DNA of 64,000 nucleotides from Lytechinus pictus (lineage: Eukaryota): contig NC_087252.1 of NCBI RefSeq assembly GCF_037042905.1, positions 806,001 to 870,000 on the forward strand, given 5' to 3'. The notes below the pieces were generated by a model. It had not been told where the DNA came from. It made no database searches and worked only from the letters and a program-made list of their open reading frames with translations. The position numbers were made by a program, and so were the translations under genes. Shown in pieces: positions 51,565-64,000 of the stretch. The first letter of the stretch is position 1, and every line of letters starts with the position of its first letter.

Positions 51565-54500
51565 ATGGCAGTACTCCGAGTTTCAACGATATTCGCCCTT
51601 CTTTTCTCAATATGCCTTCTACTATCAACGGCACAGGGTGAGTAACATCACAATAAACATTTGTCATCAAATAAGAAGTTGCGATCGACGAGATCATTAC
51701 AATTTTGAGCTCATTTAACTCCTTTCACTGAGGTATTCAGCTCTAACCATTCATTATCTTGATGAGACCCGCCCCCACCAAAAAAATCAATTAATAAATC
51801 AATCAGAAGTTGCGATCGATTAAGATCATAACAATTTTGAGCTCATTGAACTCATTTCGCTGAAGTGTTCAAATCTAACAATTCATTATATTGATGAAGA
51901 CCCCCCCCCCAAAAAAAAAAAAGTAATAATAATGCATAAATTAAAAAAAATGAATAAAAGTATTTGATGAATTCGGTTTTTGTATCATTCATATTTGGCA
52001 AGATATTTCAGGTAATTGTGCTAAACATTTTGATGACTAAATAAAATAATGAAAAAAAAAACCCTCCAGCATGGCCATGCCTTCATCAGTACATCCACCC
52101 GACACCCGCACTAATCCCTTAGCATGTACTAGGAGTATTCATATGTCACTTACTTTATATGCTACCATTGTAGATAAACAGTATAGCTCTTGAACTTGAC
52201 GCATGCTCTAGATTTCAATGCTGTAAAACAATTATAAAAGATGGCATGACCTTGTCTCTCGTCTCACAGCTGTTCCGTATGAAACCCTTGCCGCCAAAAT
52301 TACGTATGCAAAGAGTAATTACGATGCAGTGTTTTGGTTTGCGGGAGAACATTGCCCCCCTTTCCACGTAACATCTACTCTCTAACTTATTTAGATAGAA
52401 ATAGATTGCGATCAGCAGTTCAATCTAATACATTTAGAATTCAATCTTATTCGATTAAAACTTTCGATCCAATTTTGGATTAGTCCCTGGCCACAATAAT
52501 AGATTGACTTTTAACTTACGGATTTAAAGATTGCCTCTCGGGCTAAAGAGGGGCAAAGCCCCCTCCCCCTTCCCAAACACCATCACTTTTTTCTTCAAGG
52601 GGAACTGGAAAAGAGAATACGAGGAGCGAGGAGGAAAAGGAGGAGAGAGGACAGGTTCTCAATCATGAGGAACGCAATATAGGGAAGGTGGCAGAGGTCC
52701 GAATACACCACAATTTTTTATCAAGGGAGTAGAAAAGAAAATGCGAGGAGTGAAAAAAGAAAGAGGGGGATCTCAAACATTTCAGCAGCAAACGAGTGGC
52801 GCGAAGCGCGGCTACCCAAATGACTGTTGTTGGGGTTTCTATTCAAGAGATGGTGGAGCGTGGAAGAAAAGGAGGAGGAGGAGAGAAACGGACGAGGAGG
52901 GCGGGGAAGGTCTGAATGAGAGAGGGGAATAGAGAGATCACACTCGTCTACGGCATATGTGGGGGGATGAAACTCAGTTCAGGTTCACCTTGCACAAGCA
53001 CCAGCCCCCCCTTCCCATGGTGCCAAAAGCAACCCCACCCTGAACAATTATTTTTTGCTTGAATATAATTTTCTTCTTTTTATCGTCCTTGATATTACTC
53101 ATAGTCCTGATAATTAACCACGTAAGTCTGGCTTAGCTAATCAATCAAGTTCATTCCATTCATAAAGAAGAGAACTTGAGAAAATCAGAATTGTCGATAT
53201 GCCAATTCTTATGTCATTATTACTTGGATGAGTTGGATTCTTTCAGCGTTCACCCCCTGGAAATGCCCCCAATGGGTTTGATTACATCAGACGAAATCCT
53301 TAAAATTTATTAACGAAATGTAGGCCGAGTTGTCATGATTTCAATGAAACCTACATTTTCCTCAAAATGAGAATTAAACAAATGTAATAAAACAAAAAGA
53401 CCTGAATATATACGAATCCTTTGCCAAATTAATTCTTTTGATAATAAAAGATATATTTAGTTTATTTTTTAGGACAGGTTGTATTTTCAGAGATGGGGGA
53501 TATCAGAAGTAAGAGAAGCGATAGAATGACTAGATATGCCACATGTATAATAGCTTAAAGTTGTTATTTTTTATTATTATTATTATCATTATTATTATTA
53601 TTGCTGTTGTTGTTCTTATTGTTATTGTTATTTAGCTAATTTACCAATTAAGCACTCATTCCATTTGTCTGTAGCCTTATATGGTGATTACTATATAATC
53701 GAGTAAAAGAAATAAGGATAAGAATAATAACTAGTAGAGTACAATGATATGTGACTCTTTATACGGCTATTTTTTAAGCCAACATGTTGGCTTACTATAA
53801 TTAAGTAATATCAAACTGGTGAAACAATATTAAACTTCGTCAAGGAAATAATACTTGAATCTCTCCAAATAAGTAAAGCAAAAAACAACAACAGAATAAA
53901 GACAATACGAAAGTATTTCCGCATGAATTGTGATTTCAATAAAATCGTAACCCATAAAAACAAATTCAGAGATATCAATTAATAATTTTTACCTCAAATA
54001 TTTGGAATCTTTTGTTCCACTAAGGCACTAATTACATCCTGTGTCGGTGGAAATGTCATGTAATTTCTCACGTCACATAATCCCCCTTATTCAGTTATCA
54101 TGGTTATTGTTTTCCCCATTTTTTTTTCTATGTATATTGTAGTCAGTATTTACTGACTCATCCCGAAGCGTAATCGTGACGTTAACCACAATTAAATGTG
54201 AATCTTAAAAAAACATTTAATGTTGATTCAGTTTGATCGCTGGCATTTCCGATATCGGGAGAAAACAGAAATCCGGGGAAATTTTATTCGATCTGAGGTG
54301 ATGAACTTTTCTGAGTGCAACCTCCTTTGATGTCATCAGAGTTAAAGGCTTCCTCATGTTGTTTGTCCGTATATGGCTATCCTGTCACACTTCTTGTTCA
54401 TAATTGAAAAGTTTGTAATTGAAATTTGGAAGAAACAAAAATATTTAAGGGGATGTGCTACATGTGATTTTCCACATGACGAAAGAGAAAAAATATGAAA

Positions 54501-57500
54501 AAGGGGAAAAGGGAGAGAAGGTGGAGAGAGGGGGAGGGGGGATGCGGCAAGGAGATTTGTCCCGGAACTGTACACTCTATATGGGTTCCATGACATTTGT
54601 TAAGCCAAACATAATAATCTATAAACTCCATCACTAAATAAACCCTAATAATTACCTTTACATTATTCTCAACCAAAATCTCTATTACAATCCTAACTCT
54701 AACCCTATGCCCTCTGAGATATAAGACCTGAGCAAATGTCATAGGAGAAAATGTCGTAGGAGCAAATGTCGTGTCACCACAAAGTGGGTCCCACTTTGTG
54801 GTTGTCTATCCCCCCCACCCCTCGATTCATGAAAGTAAAATTAACCTGCCACCGCCCCTAATTCAACGGAAGAAAAATAACTCAAATGTTAGGCATGTTA
54901 GAGCGACCTCAGCACTGACAGTTATCCGACAGTTACCATAGTAACCATCCGACAGCTGTGCTTCTCAGCCAATCAAACCGAGGAAAGATAAAATGTCGAT
55001 TAAACGCTTTTCAGAACGTTCAACATCTTATCTTTCAAAATGTGTCCCATTTTCAGCGGTAATAATCATTTTTTAGATGATATTGATTGACTAATACACA
55101 ATCATGATGGGAAAATTTTAATTCATTTTATTAGTATGTTGATGTATAGTCGTTTACGGATAAGGGATAATAAGACGTTTGATTGTAAAGGAAATTGATT
55201 TCTCAAAGACGTCGGTGTTATGTATATTTTTGTCACTTTCCTAATCGGTGTTGAACACTGTTACGCCTTGGGTGTTAAGGTTTTTATTTTCTGCGTCGTC
55301 AAAAATCATCAGGTGTAAATATTATACATAAACTGCTATGTTGTTTTATATCAAAATTATTAAATTGGTGCTGATGGTGCTCAGTTCTTTAAAAATTAAT
55401 TCAACCGGGCCCCAAAACTAAACAAAAAAAAGCGTCCCAATCGGATGTTGCTCATATGCCTGTCAGACAAGAATGTCAACATAATATTTGACTTTATCTT
55501 TTTTTCTTTTCAAAGTCAAATGACAAGGTTTGATAACCGGTTTGATCAATAATGCATTATCATCTTTTCATGCTGCGCTCTACTTAATTTACCTGTCGTA
55601 AACATGGCAAATGATTTTCTGTTCCATATCAAATATGATATTTCCTTTTGTTTCAGAAAAAAACAACCTTCATCGTTTAAATGAATTTCCGCCAAAAACC
55701 AGACCTCGCACGCCCTTGGTATAGAGGGTTGATCAGATGATGAACAACAACAGATGTTATTTTGTAATTTTGGAACAATGACTAATTGTGACGCAAAAAG
55801 TTTACCTTTATTACAGTCATTTTCCCCAGTATTTTGTATGCGAGTTTGTAGCCTCTGTTTAATTCAAGTCATTCATTTTCATGTGATATTGCAAAAAAAA
55901 ATTGTCGTCAGGCTCTTGATACAGTGAACAGGTAATTCTCCGACCCCCCCCCCCCCCCCCCCCCCCCCCAGTAAAAGTGCATGTCACTATTTTAAGTCAT
56001 TATCATTTTACATCACTACAAGATCGGGTGCGTGATTGATATCTGTGTATTTTGTTGTTGTTTGTTTATACAAAAACCTTTCTCAAGAAATGGGTTGAAA
56101 ATTCAGGATATAATCTCTTTTTTCAAGCATTCTAATATCCAATGACTAAATTTACAAAGTACATGTAAATACTCAAAGGGTGTAGTCCCCAAACAAGAGA
56201 GGGCGCTAGATGTCAAACGTATTTTTTTTTAAAGTATGAATAAACATCCAATTTCCAAAGACCACTATAATACAATCGTGTTGTTATGAACTATTGATCG
56301 AAGATGTGGAATGATCCTCGAGTATCATTGAGTATAAAGGCGACCGCACACCTTACGACTGGTCTGCGACCCGATTTTAGAATAAAATGTAGTAGTATTT
56401 GATGCTAATATTAAGACTTGGAATATCTTACTGTGTAATGTTCTTAATCATCTTACGAATACCAATGATCAAATTTGTGACTATGCTATCATCCTTCTTA
56501 AAATAAAAGCGAATTTGATATCTAGTCGCAATGACGTCATAGCAGTCGTACGATTGGCTACGATTTGAAACTAATTTGGACTTTACTCCAAAATAAGGGC
56601 TTGCAATCTTTCAAAATGGTTATAATATTATTATTTCAATTAATTTTAACCTCAAATAAAATGATATGTTCCATTCACATCTTCAAAAAATGAGCAAAAT
56701 GCGATTTGTTCCAAAATCGGGTCGCAGACCAGTCGTAAGGTGTGCGGTCGCCTTAAGACCGACCTTAACCCACCGGGGAAGGTGCATCTTTCCACTGGAA
56801 GGCCCTATATTAGTGACGTTGATTTACATGAATGGTATCTTGTTCCCTACTCTTCACGCCCCTTCTCCAGACACACTCATTCAGACGAGCAACATTCTCC
56901 ATGTGTTTTCTTTATTCTTATTTATTTATTTTTTAAGATTTAGATTTGTATCTATAGATTTTATTTCCGTTTTAACGTTAACTTCTCTTAAAACAAGTGC
57001 ACACCGAGTTATTATATAGCATTTCCATTCATTAATTTTGAATGCAGGATAAAAACAGCAAATAATTAAAGAACACTCCCCCCCCCCCCCCCCCCCCTCA
57101 CCCGCCAAAAAGAACTAAAATGAAATGAATAAACCGACAATATGTGATCGTTGGTTTACATTCGATAAATAAATGAGAATTAAAAAGTGATATTAGTTGA
57201 GTAGAATTGTAGTAACAAAGCATAGGATCATCATCATCATCAACATCATCAACCTCACCATTTCTATTAGTTTTATTATTATTATCACTATTATCATTAT
57301 TATTGTTATTGTCATTATTGCTATTATCATTATTATTACTAGTATTATTATTATTCAATTATCATTATTATTATTATTATTATCATTATTATTATAATTC
57401 AATTATCATTATTATTATTATTATTATTATGACAGTTCTTGTTATCATTTTCATGAATTTCAGTGAAAACAATGAGCAGTACGTAAGACATGCCAAGACC

Positions 57501-58128
57501 CCCCCCCCCCCCAAAAAAAAAAAAAAAACGAAAGTAGAGGGCGTCAACACTTTGCACTGTTACGTTCGTAGGCGGTAGGTGACTGCTTTTCTGATTATGA
57601 TTTTTTAGTCAGTCATCCAACTTCATAGGCATAAAGATAATATTGAAACCTATATATAAATAAAAAATTATGTACGTAACTCAAATAATAACTTTAACAA
57701 GTCTCAATACTCTTCATGTATCCCGAGGAATAGACCTCTGGCAAGATTGAAAGCTGTCAAGAATAGAATATATATATATTAATTCTAAAAGTTGATTTAA
57801 AGAACAAGGTCAAAAAGAATTTAAAGAATGTTAGATAGCGGTCTAATCAGGATTGTCTTGTCTGGTCTCTGGTATAACAGGACGACCAGCAAGGAGAGAG
57901 GACAGATCAGCCGAATCCGGTAGTGATTCTAGCAGCAGTAGCAGTAGTAGCAGCAGTAGCTCCTCCGAGGAGATAGATAACCGACCACCAACTGTTGCGA
58001 CCACCACTACGACGACCACCACAGCCCCGACCACGCAACCGCCTACTACCGCGATGCCAGTCATGACGACATGCGTCGTTCGAGGTGACGGCATCCTAGT
58101 CTGCCGTCCAGTGGCGGCCATTCCCTAG
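51565..58128 (+). CDS. Small secreted Ser/Thr-rich orphan protein, 106 aa (exons 51565-51637 + 57881-58128), with SSEE and RGD motifs
   Basis: Polypyrimidine-CAG|ATG exon encodes MAVLRVSTIFALLFSICLLLSTAQ G with a GTGAGT donor (phase 1). It joins in frame at AACAG|GA to RPARREDRSAESGSD(S)13EEIDNRPPTVA(T)8APTTQPPTTAMPVMTTCVVRGDGILVCRPVAAIP*. Ser and Thr runs use mixed codons. AATAAA at 58326. Extra internal exons cannot be excluded. Confidence 0.75.
51668..51915. repeat. Diverged tandem duplication of about 133 bp just after the signal-peptide exon
   Basis: AGAAGTTGCGATCGA..ACAATTTTGAGCTCATT..CTAAC.ATTCATTAT.TTGATGA occurs twice. Confidence 0.85.
56338..56753. mobile_element. PIF/Harbinger (Tourist-like) MITE
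   Basis: About 41-bp perfect TIR AGGCGACCGCACACCTTACGACTGG..; TAA TSD. Confidence 0.9.
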
Positions 58129-58449
58129 TTCGTTCTTTGGACCAAATAACAGCACTGGATTTTTAAAGAAGATCGGATGAACATCGTTTTGAAGAGGAGA
58201 CAGATGACAAACAATTTAATAATTGAGAGAAGACCGCTTGGCATCTGCGTTTCAAGCGAAAGTTCTTGTTCTGCGTTAGACCCTAGACCCGAACATTGCA
58301 TTTGACCTTGAACCGATATAAGCCAAATAAAACGAACGGTTTACATAACAAAAACCCTGAAAGTTAACACAACATCTTTGACAGAATTTAGGCCTGAAAT
58401 TAATGTTAAAGTTAATTCACTAATGACACCCTGTCCTGAAACCAACCGG

Positions 58450-58750
58450 TGGGTGTTTTATAAAGCTGTTCCCTTAAGCACGACTGGTGCTAAATAATCA
58501 CCAATGAACATGTAATGGTGAATATCATTTACCACAAGAAATGATAACCAGTCGTTCTCATAAAGTCACTCTTAAGTTACGAACGGCTTTATGGAACGGC
58601 CCCCAGGGACCCCGTTCCATAAAACATGCTAAAATAACAAATTTGCAATAACAGTTTAAAGCTACTGAAATCCTTCAATTTGATTGGCTGATGGTAAACT
58701 TGTAGAAAGTGTGCATTTAACATTATAACGAGTCTTTATGAAACGGGCCT
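58450..58750. mobile_element. Two short adjacent Harbinger-like MITEs (relatives at 286-620 and 16180-16349)
   Basis: GGGTGTTTTATAAAGCTGTTC..CTTTATGGAACGGCCCC followed by GGACCCCGTTCCATAAA..TTTATGAAACGGGCC, with a CAG junction. Confidence 0.55.
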
Positions 58751-60525
58751 AAGATATCTTCACTCTTCTACAGTATCATTCCATGTCAAGGTGATATTCA
58801 TTGGGTAAATGTACTACTAGCAATATTTCATTTTATGATATTAACATAAGTTAGCCTCTTTTTACTCTGCGCTAAATCTCCTGTAAACTAATCCAGTATT
58901 TATAATACCATATTTTGATAAGTTCCCACTTGTCGGGTATACCATGAACCTTGGATGTACCAACGCAGGGACCGCGGAACCGTTATGAAAAGGAGGTGGT
59001 CTGAAATCGCATGAAATACAGTTTTATGATGGTCAGTTACTGGGGTTTATTCTTTAGTTGGTGTTGTTGCATAGTTACTGGTGAAAGTGAAATGGGTAAT
59101 CCAGCCCCCTCCCCAACCCACCCCCCCCCCAACTTCCCGGTTATGCTGCCCGTGCAATAATCCCACATGACTCTCTTTTCCATTCCAGTAACTTTATTTC
59201 TCTGTTTATACACTGCATGGAAAGGTGATTTATCACAATTTAGTTTCCTTGCCTTTTGCCCATTCTTTAAAAGTATTTGGGTGTATTTTCGGGTTGTTTT
59301 TTTTCCATTTCATTTATATCACAATCATATCCACGAGGCTTGCAGTTGCATTATTTGTGTAGTATATATTTCAGCAATGACGTAAAGAAAGGGTGGAGTG
59401 CAATGTTATAACATTTTTGTTATTATGTAAAAATCTATCCAAAATTTAATTTTTACATTTTTGTAAAAATTTTCTTTATCAGCCTTTTAAGCCACTATGT
59501 ATTTGAGTACATAATGAGCAACCTAATTATGAACCAAAAAATAGAGCTTAGGTGTAGTTTTGTCAATTGCTTGACAGGAAGGGGCAAATAAATATCTTTA
59601 TACATGTACTAAGTTTGTTTTGTGTCAATACAAGAATGGCGCTTACAGCATGTACAGCACTTTAGTGTTGTATCATTGACCTAGGTCCATGGTGTTCATA
59701 GTGTTAATAATGCTCCTGCGACATTTTGCTCCGGTCTTAATATCTTTGGACATCGGATTAAAGTTAGGATTGCAATAGAGTTTATTTTGTCCGGAATAAT
59801 GCAAAGATAATGATTAGTGTTCATTTAGTTTTGGAGGTTAGATTTTATGTTTGGCTTAACGAGCAGAATTTCCATCGGAGCATTTGTCGCCGGAGCAAAT
59901 GTCCTGGAACTTATTAAAATATAGCAGACACAATGACAGATTGAGTAAATATGGTTGCTTAATATCTGGATTTATACGATATGGTGACCCTTAGTCAGAT
60001 ATTTGTTTGTATCCGTAAGGGTTTTCACTTGCATGTTCTTATATAACTTTACAATATTGATATCTGAACTTTACTTAAGCACTCCACTTCGAGATCAAAT
60101 CGACTGAACCAACAAAATTTTCAAAGTCAGATGAAAAATAACAAATATTCACGGTCCACGGCGATGTTGTGTTCCAAAGACTTAGGCCTAAATATATCTT
60201 TAAATTATCACTAATTTGTTGTTCTCTTTGATCTTCCTTTATTGATTTTATTGAAAGGACAGTTACGTGGTCATGTACCTCTATAATTGTGCAACGTTAT
60301 TATTGAAAAATTGCACCCAAAAGAAGTAATTATGATGCCTTTAATGGGTGCCAACTTTTTTTAGTGCGCGAGATTTATCTTAACATAGCTGTATCTATTT
60401 GTATATTTTGGGTTTTTTTATAATTATATGTATAAAACTGCAACTCTATGACTTATAGTGGACATTATACTGTTAATTAAATTAATATAACATAATGCAA
60501 ATTGGTTTTGTCATCATGGATGCTG

Positions 60526-60741
60526 CACTGCAAAAACTCTGGTGTTGATTTAACACCAGCCCGGAATATATATATGTCCGCACCAGAAAAGTATTGAAAC
60601 AACACCAGTTTGGTGTCAAACCGATGCTGTTTTAATACTAATTGGTGTTTATAAACACCTTTCTGGTGTTAGACCAAAACGAAACTGGTGTTGACATAGA
60701 TTCCGGGCTGGTTTTAAATCAACACCGGAGTTTTTGCAGTG
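60526..60741. mobile_element. CACTG-terminated (CMC/EnSpm-like) MITE
   Basis: About 40-bp TIR CACTGCAAAAACTC..; 2-bp TG TSD. Confidence 0.85.
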
Positions 60742-60932
60742 TGTATCTTCGGGATTCTATTTTGTTTTCTTCATTTCCCAATGAGTGGAGGTTATGCCAT
60801 TTGAAACTGATGTGCGGAAATCTATAGGTAGGCAATGGATGATTTCAAGTCCGGTGTTGGCGTTGGTGTTGGTTTTGGTGTTGAAATTTGGATTGCTTCC
60901 CCTAGCTCCAAAACCTATCCTGAGTTTGTTAA

Positions 60933-61535
60933 TGGTCAAGTCCACCCAAAAATATGTTGATTTGTAAAAATAGATAAAAATCAAACTAGCATAACACTGA
61001 AAATGTTATCAAAATCTGATGTGAAATAAGAAAGTTATGACATTTTAAAGTTTCGCTTATTTTTCACAAAACAGTGATATGCACATTCCAGTGACATGCA
61101 AATGAGACAGTCGATGATGTCCTCCACTCACTATTTCCTATGTTTTCTATTGTTTGAATTATACAATATTTCATTTTTTACAGATTTGACAATACGGACT
61201 AACTTGACTGAACCATATAGTATTAAACAATGCCTAATTCCACATGTTCATGGAGAAAATACCCGTTGTTTCACTTGAGAATGAGTAGAAAATTAGAATA
61301 TTTCATATTTCATATGATAAAATACAAAATGAATAGTGAGTGGATGACTTCATTAGTCTCCTCAATTGCATATCCAGCAGGATGTGAATAAAACTGTTTT
61401 GTGAAATTAAGCAAAACTTTAAAATGTCATAACTTTCTCATTTCACATCCGATTTTGATAAAATTTTCAGTGTTATGCTTGTTGGATTTTTCTCTTTTTA
61501 TTCAAAACAACTTTATGTTGGGGTGGACTTGTCCT
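60933..61535. mobile_element. Kolobok-like MITE family A, full length
   Basis: TTAA flanks; same body as the other copies. Confidence 0.88.
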
Positions 61536-61873
61536 TTAAACTGATCCAGATCACATTATTGACATCTCAACAACTAGCATGACTAGTGAGTGACTCTTCA
61601 GGACCATCTTCATTTTATGTTTGGTGTTATACTCGTTATAAAAATGAATTAACACCAACACCAAAAGGTCATTACTGAACTTGAAATCACACAATATAGG
61701 CCTACTTAGAAAGTAGGCGATGTGAGAATATATTTTGATGAAAGAGGGGGTTTGGGGATGGTGAACGAAATAAAAGGGTGAGGGCGAAACCAGAAATATT
61801 GAGAAAGAGTTTTTAGTGATGTGCGTATGTGAAAGTTGAGAAATTATTAAGGAAATATAAATGTAAAGGCTAA

Positions 61874-62652
61874 GGGTGCGTTTATCCGCCACTTTTTTAA
61901 CCTAGAATCATGATCTGAATCATGATTCAAATCATGATTCTGCAGAATCACGATTGCGTTTAGTCGAAATTGAATATAATCATGATTAGAATCACAAACA
62001 CGAAAAAAGGGGCGTTTGGAAAGACGTTTCTGCAGAATCACGTACGAAAATGTTCGAATAAACGATATCGTGATTTGAATCATGATTATATGACCTCACT
62101 GTTGTGTCGGGCTACTTTTGGTTTGACTCTTACCAAGCTCAAGGCGCTCTTTTTGCTCATTGTATGTACATGATCATGTACTACGCATGCATTTCTTGTC
62201 ATATTCAAATTCTGTGTTGGTCATTGCATCATCCACTACTTTTCATTTTTTTGGTCATGTCTTCAAGTTCTAGTAAATGAATTAACTGGACAGAAAATGA
62301 TCTCAGTTGTTGTTGAGTACACCAATATCAAATTGGATCTACGCTGAAATTAACTCCCGAACACCATTTTGGATAAACTAACAAGATGAATATAAGCATA
62401 TGGACCCTATATGATAGAAGTAAACAAAATGGGGGTATTTCGAGAGCCAAAACACGTGCGAAAAACTTCCTCTGTCAAACTGCGCACTAGTGATGCGCAC
62501 TGGATTGGCCCGAATCTGAGGAGAAACAGCATTGGAATGATGGTCGTCTAAACGCTGATTCTGTGATATTGTGATTCATGTTTGTGTTTTGAATCATGAT
62601 TCAAATCATGATTCAAATCATGATTCTGGCTTGAGGTCGCATAAACGCAGCC
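61874..62652. mobile_element. PIF/Harbinger-like MITE
   Basis: TAA TSD; GGGTGCGTTTAT / ATAAACGCAGCC; subterminal AATCATGATT repeats. Confidence 0.8.
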
Positions 62653-64000
62653 TAAGAGAGAGAGAGAGAGGGGGGGGGGGCCAGAGGAGGGGCCATGACC
62701 GGACATCTGTGTCAGTATACCATGTACAGGAGAATGCGGCCGAAAATTTGGTCAGGAAGGAATTAGAGCCGGTTCTCGGAACACTATCGACCGGCGGATT
62801 CAGAACCAATTTCTGTTCGGCAGATTTCGTTCTTAATTGCTATCGTTTCTCGATCTCCAAGCCGCACGGTACTCATTTCCTTCAAAATTATAGAGGACCT
62901 ACAACTTTTGTTTATCTATTTTAATAGGAAGATAAATAATAAGAAAATCAAACCGCGGCAGCCCAGCAGATATGGTTCGAGTAAAGAACGATATCTGCCG
63001 TTTAAAACGATACCTGCCGGCGGATTCCGCCGGTGGAACAAGATCTGCTGCTTCACCGTCGAGACGTGGGCAACAATCTAGAAATCGGGAGCAAATCAGC
63101 AAATACAATTTCCTGAAGTAGTATGATCTAGTATGTTATTGCAATATTTTCCCCATCTTCCCTTTTAAAGAAACAAATAATTAGCTTTGCGTTAACTCGT
63201 AAGGATTGCCGAAATTGTTCGTTCTATTTCGACCGGTCAAAGAAAAAAGTCCAAACAATTTTTGCTAACATGCCCCGATACCCACGAACAAGTTCGAAAG
63301 TTTTCGCACATCGACGATGAATAAATCCTGAAACGTACATGTATATAGCAAATACAGGTCAAATCACAATAAAGTCTTTGTATATGGTCGGTGAATTGGA
63401 ACAGCAGTTTAGTCGGTGACTCCTGGACAAACGACATAATTATTGGCGATTTTTCTTTATATTTAGTTCCCACTTTCAAAATTCACATCACGATTCAAAC
63501 TGTGCTCTTAATCGTGTTGTAATCGTAATGATCGTATCAGATCAGTCGTGGCAATCGTATTGATCGTAGTAAAATATGGAATGGTTCAAATATTTTTGCG
63601 ATCAGTTACGAAAGGCCAATCGTGGTAACTGATCACGCGACAATTGGGATCGAGCCATCAGATCTGACACGACGGACGAAACTTCTGATCCGAGTCCACC
63701 AATCCTCAACAAAGACTTCATTTTGATTTGACTTTTGTATTTTCAATACATTTGCTAAGTTGTAGGATTCATTCTGCATGTTCTGCGTCCCAATGCTCTT
63801 CAAAACTCTTTGAAGACGATGTTGACGAAGTTTTGGCGAAGTTGCCGATTTGTTTTTTCGACAGTGATTGATCATCATCGAAACTACATCATACACAGTA
63901 AAACCGCTGTTTAAGATTTTATTCAACGCTGTTTACTATATGAACCTTACAGTATTTGTTTAACCGTTCAAACAATCATGTTTAATCGCTGATGTGGTTT

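Noticed and set aside
57843..58121. 92-aa minus-strand ORF
   Set aside because: Antisense shadow of the Ser/Thr-rich exon.
51565..58128. True homology to vertebrate SPP1/SCPP genes
   Set aside because: Only short-motif and compositional similarity; intron phase is 1 rather than 0. Treated as analogy and given no gene symbol.

Overview
AT-rich, repeat-dense animal genomic DNA. A sea-urchin-like echinoderm is my inference from a Deu-domain SINE and the MITE repertoire; it is not shown directly. The ORF track misses the real genes because they are spliced. By hand I reconstruct three things. (1) A complete 8-exon, 282-aa secreted RNase T2 gene (26364-37801, +) with both catalytic motifs. (2) A 106-aa secreted orphan protein (coding exons 51565-51637 and 57881-58128, +) combining a signal peptide, a Ser13-Glu-Glu cluster, a Thr/Pro stalk and an RGD inside a Cys-bounded loop. 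This resembles vertebrate SIBLING/SCPP proteins and is the best novelty candidate. (3) A probably decayed spliced C3H zinc-finger-like gene (about 4586-10322) disrupted by a three-level nested DNA-transposon insertion. The rest is non-autonomous DNA transposons (Kolobok-, PIF/Harbinger-, hAT-, Tc1/mariner-, CACTA- and IS3EU-like), LINE fragments, tRNA-derived repeats (one folding with a UCA anticodon), Penelope-type hammerhead-like motifs and tandem repeats. No CRISPR array or prokaryotic system is supported. No database searches were run, and family assignments rest on termini, TSDs and motifs I recognise.
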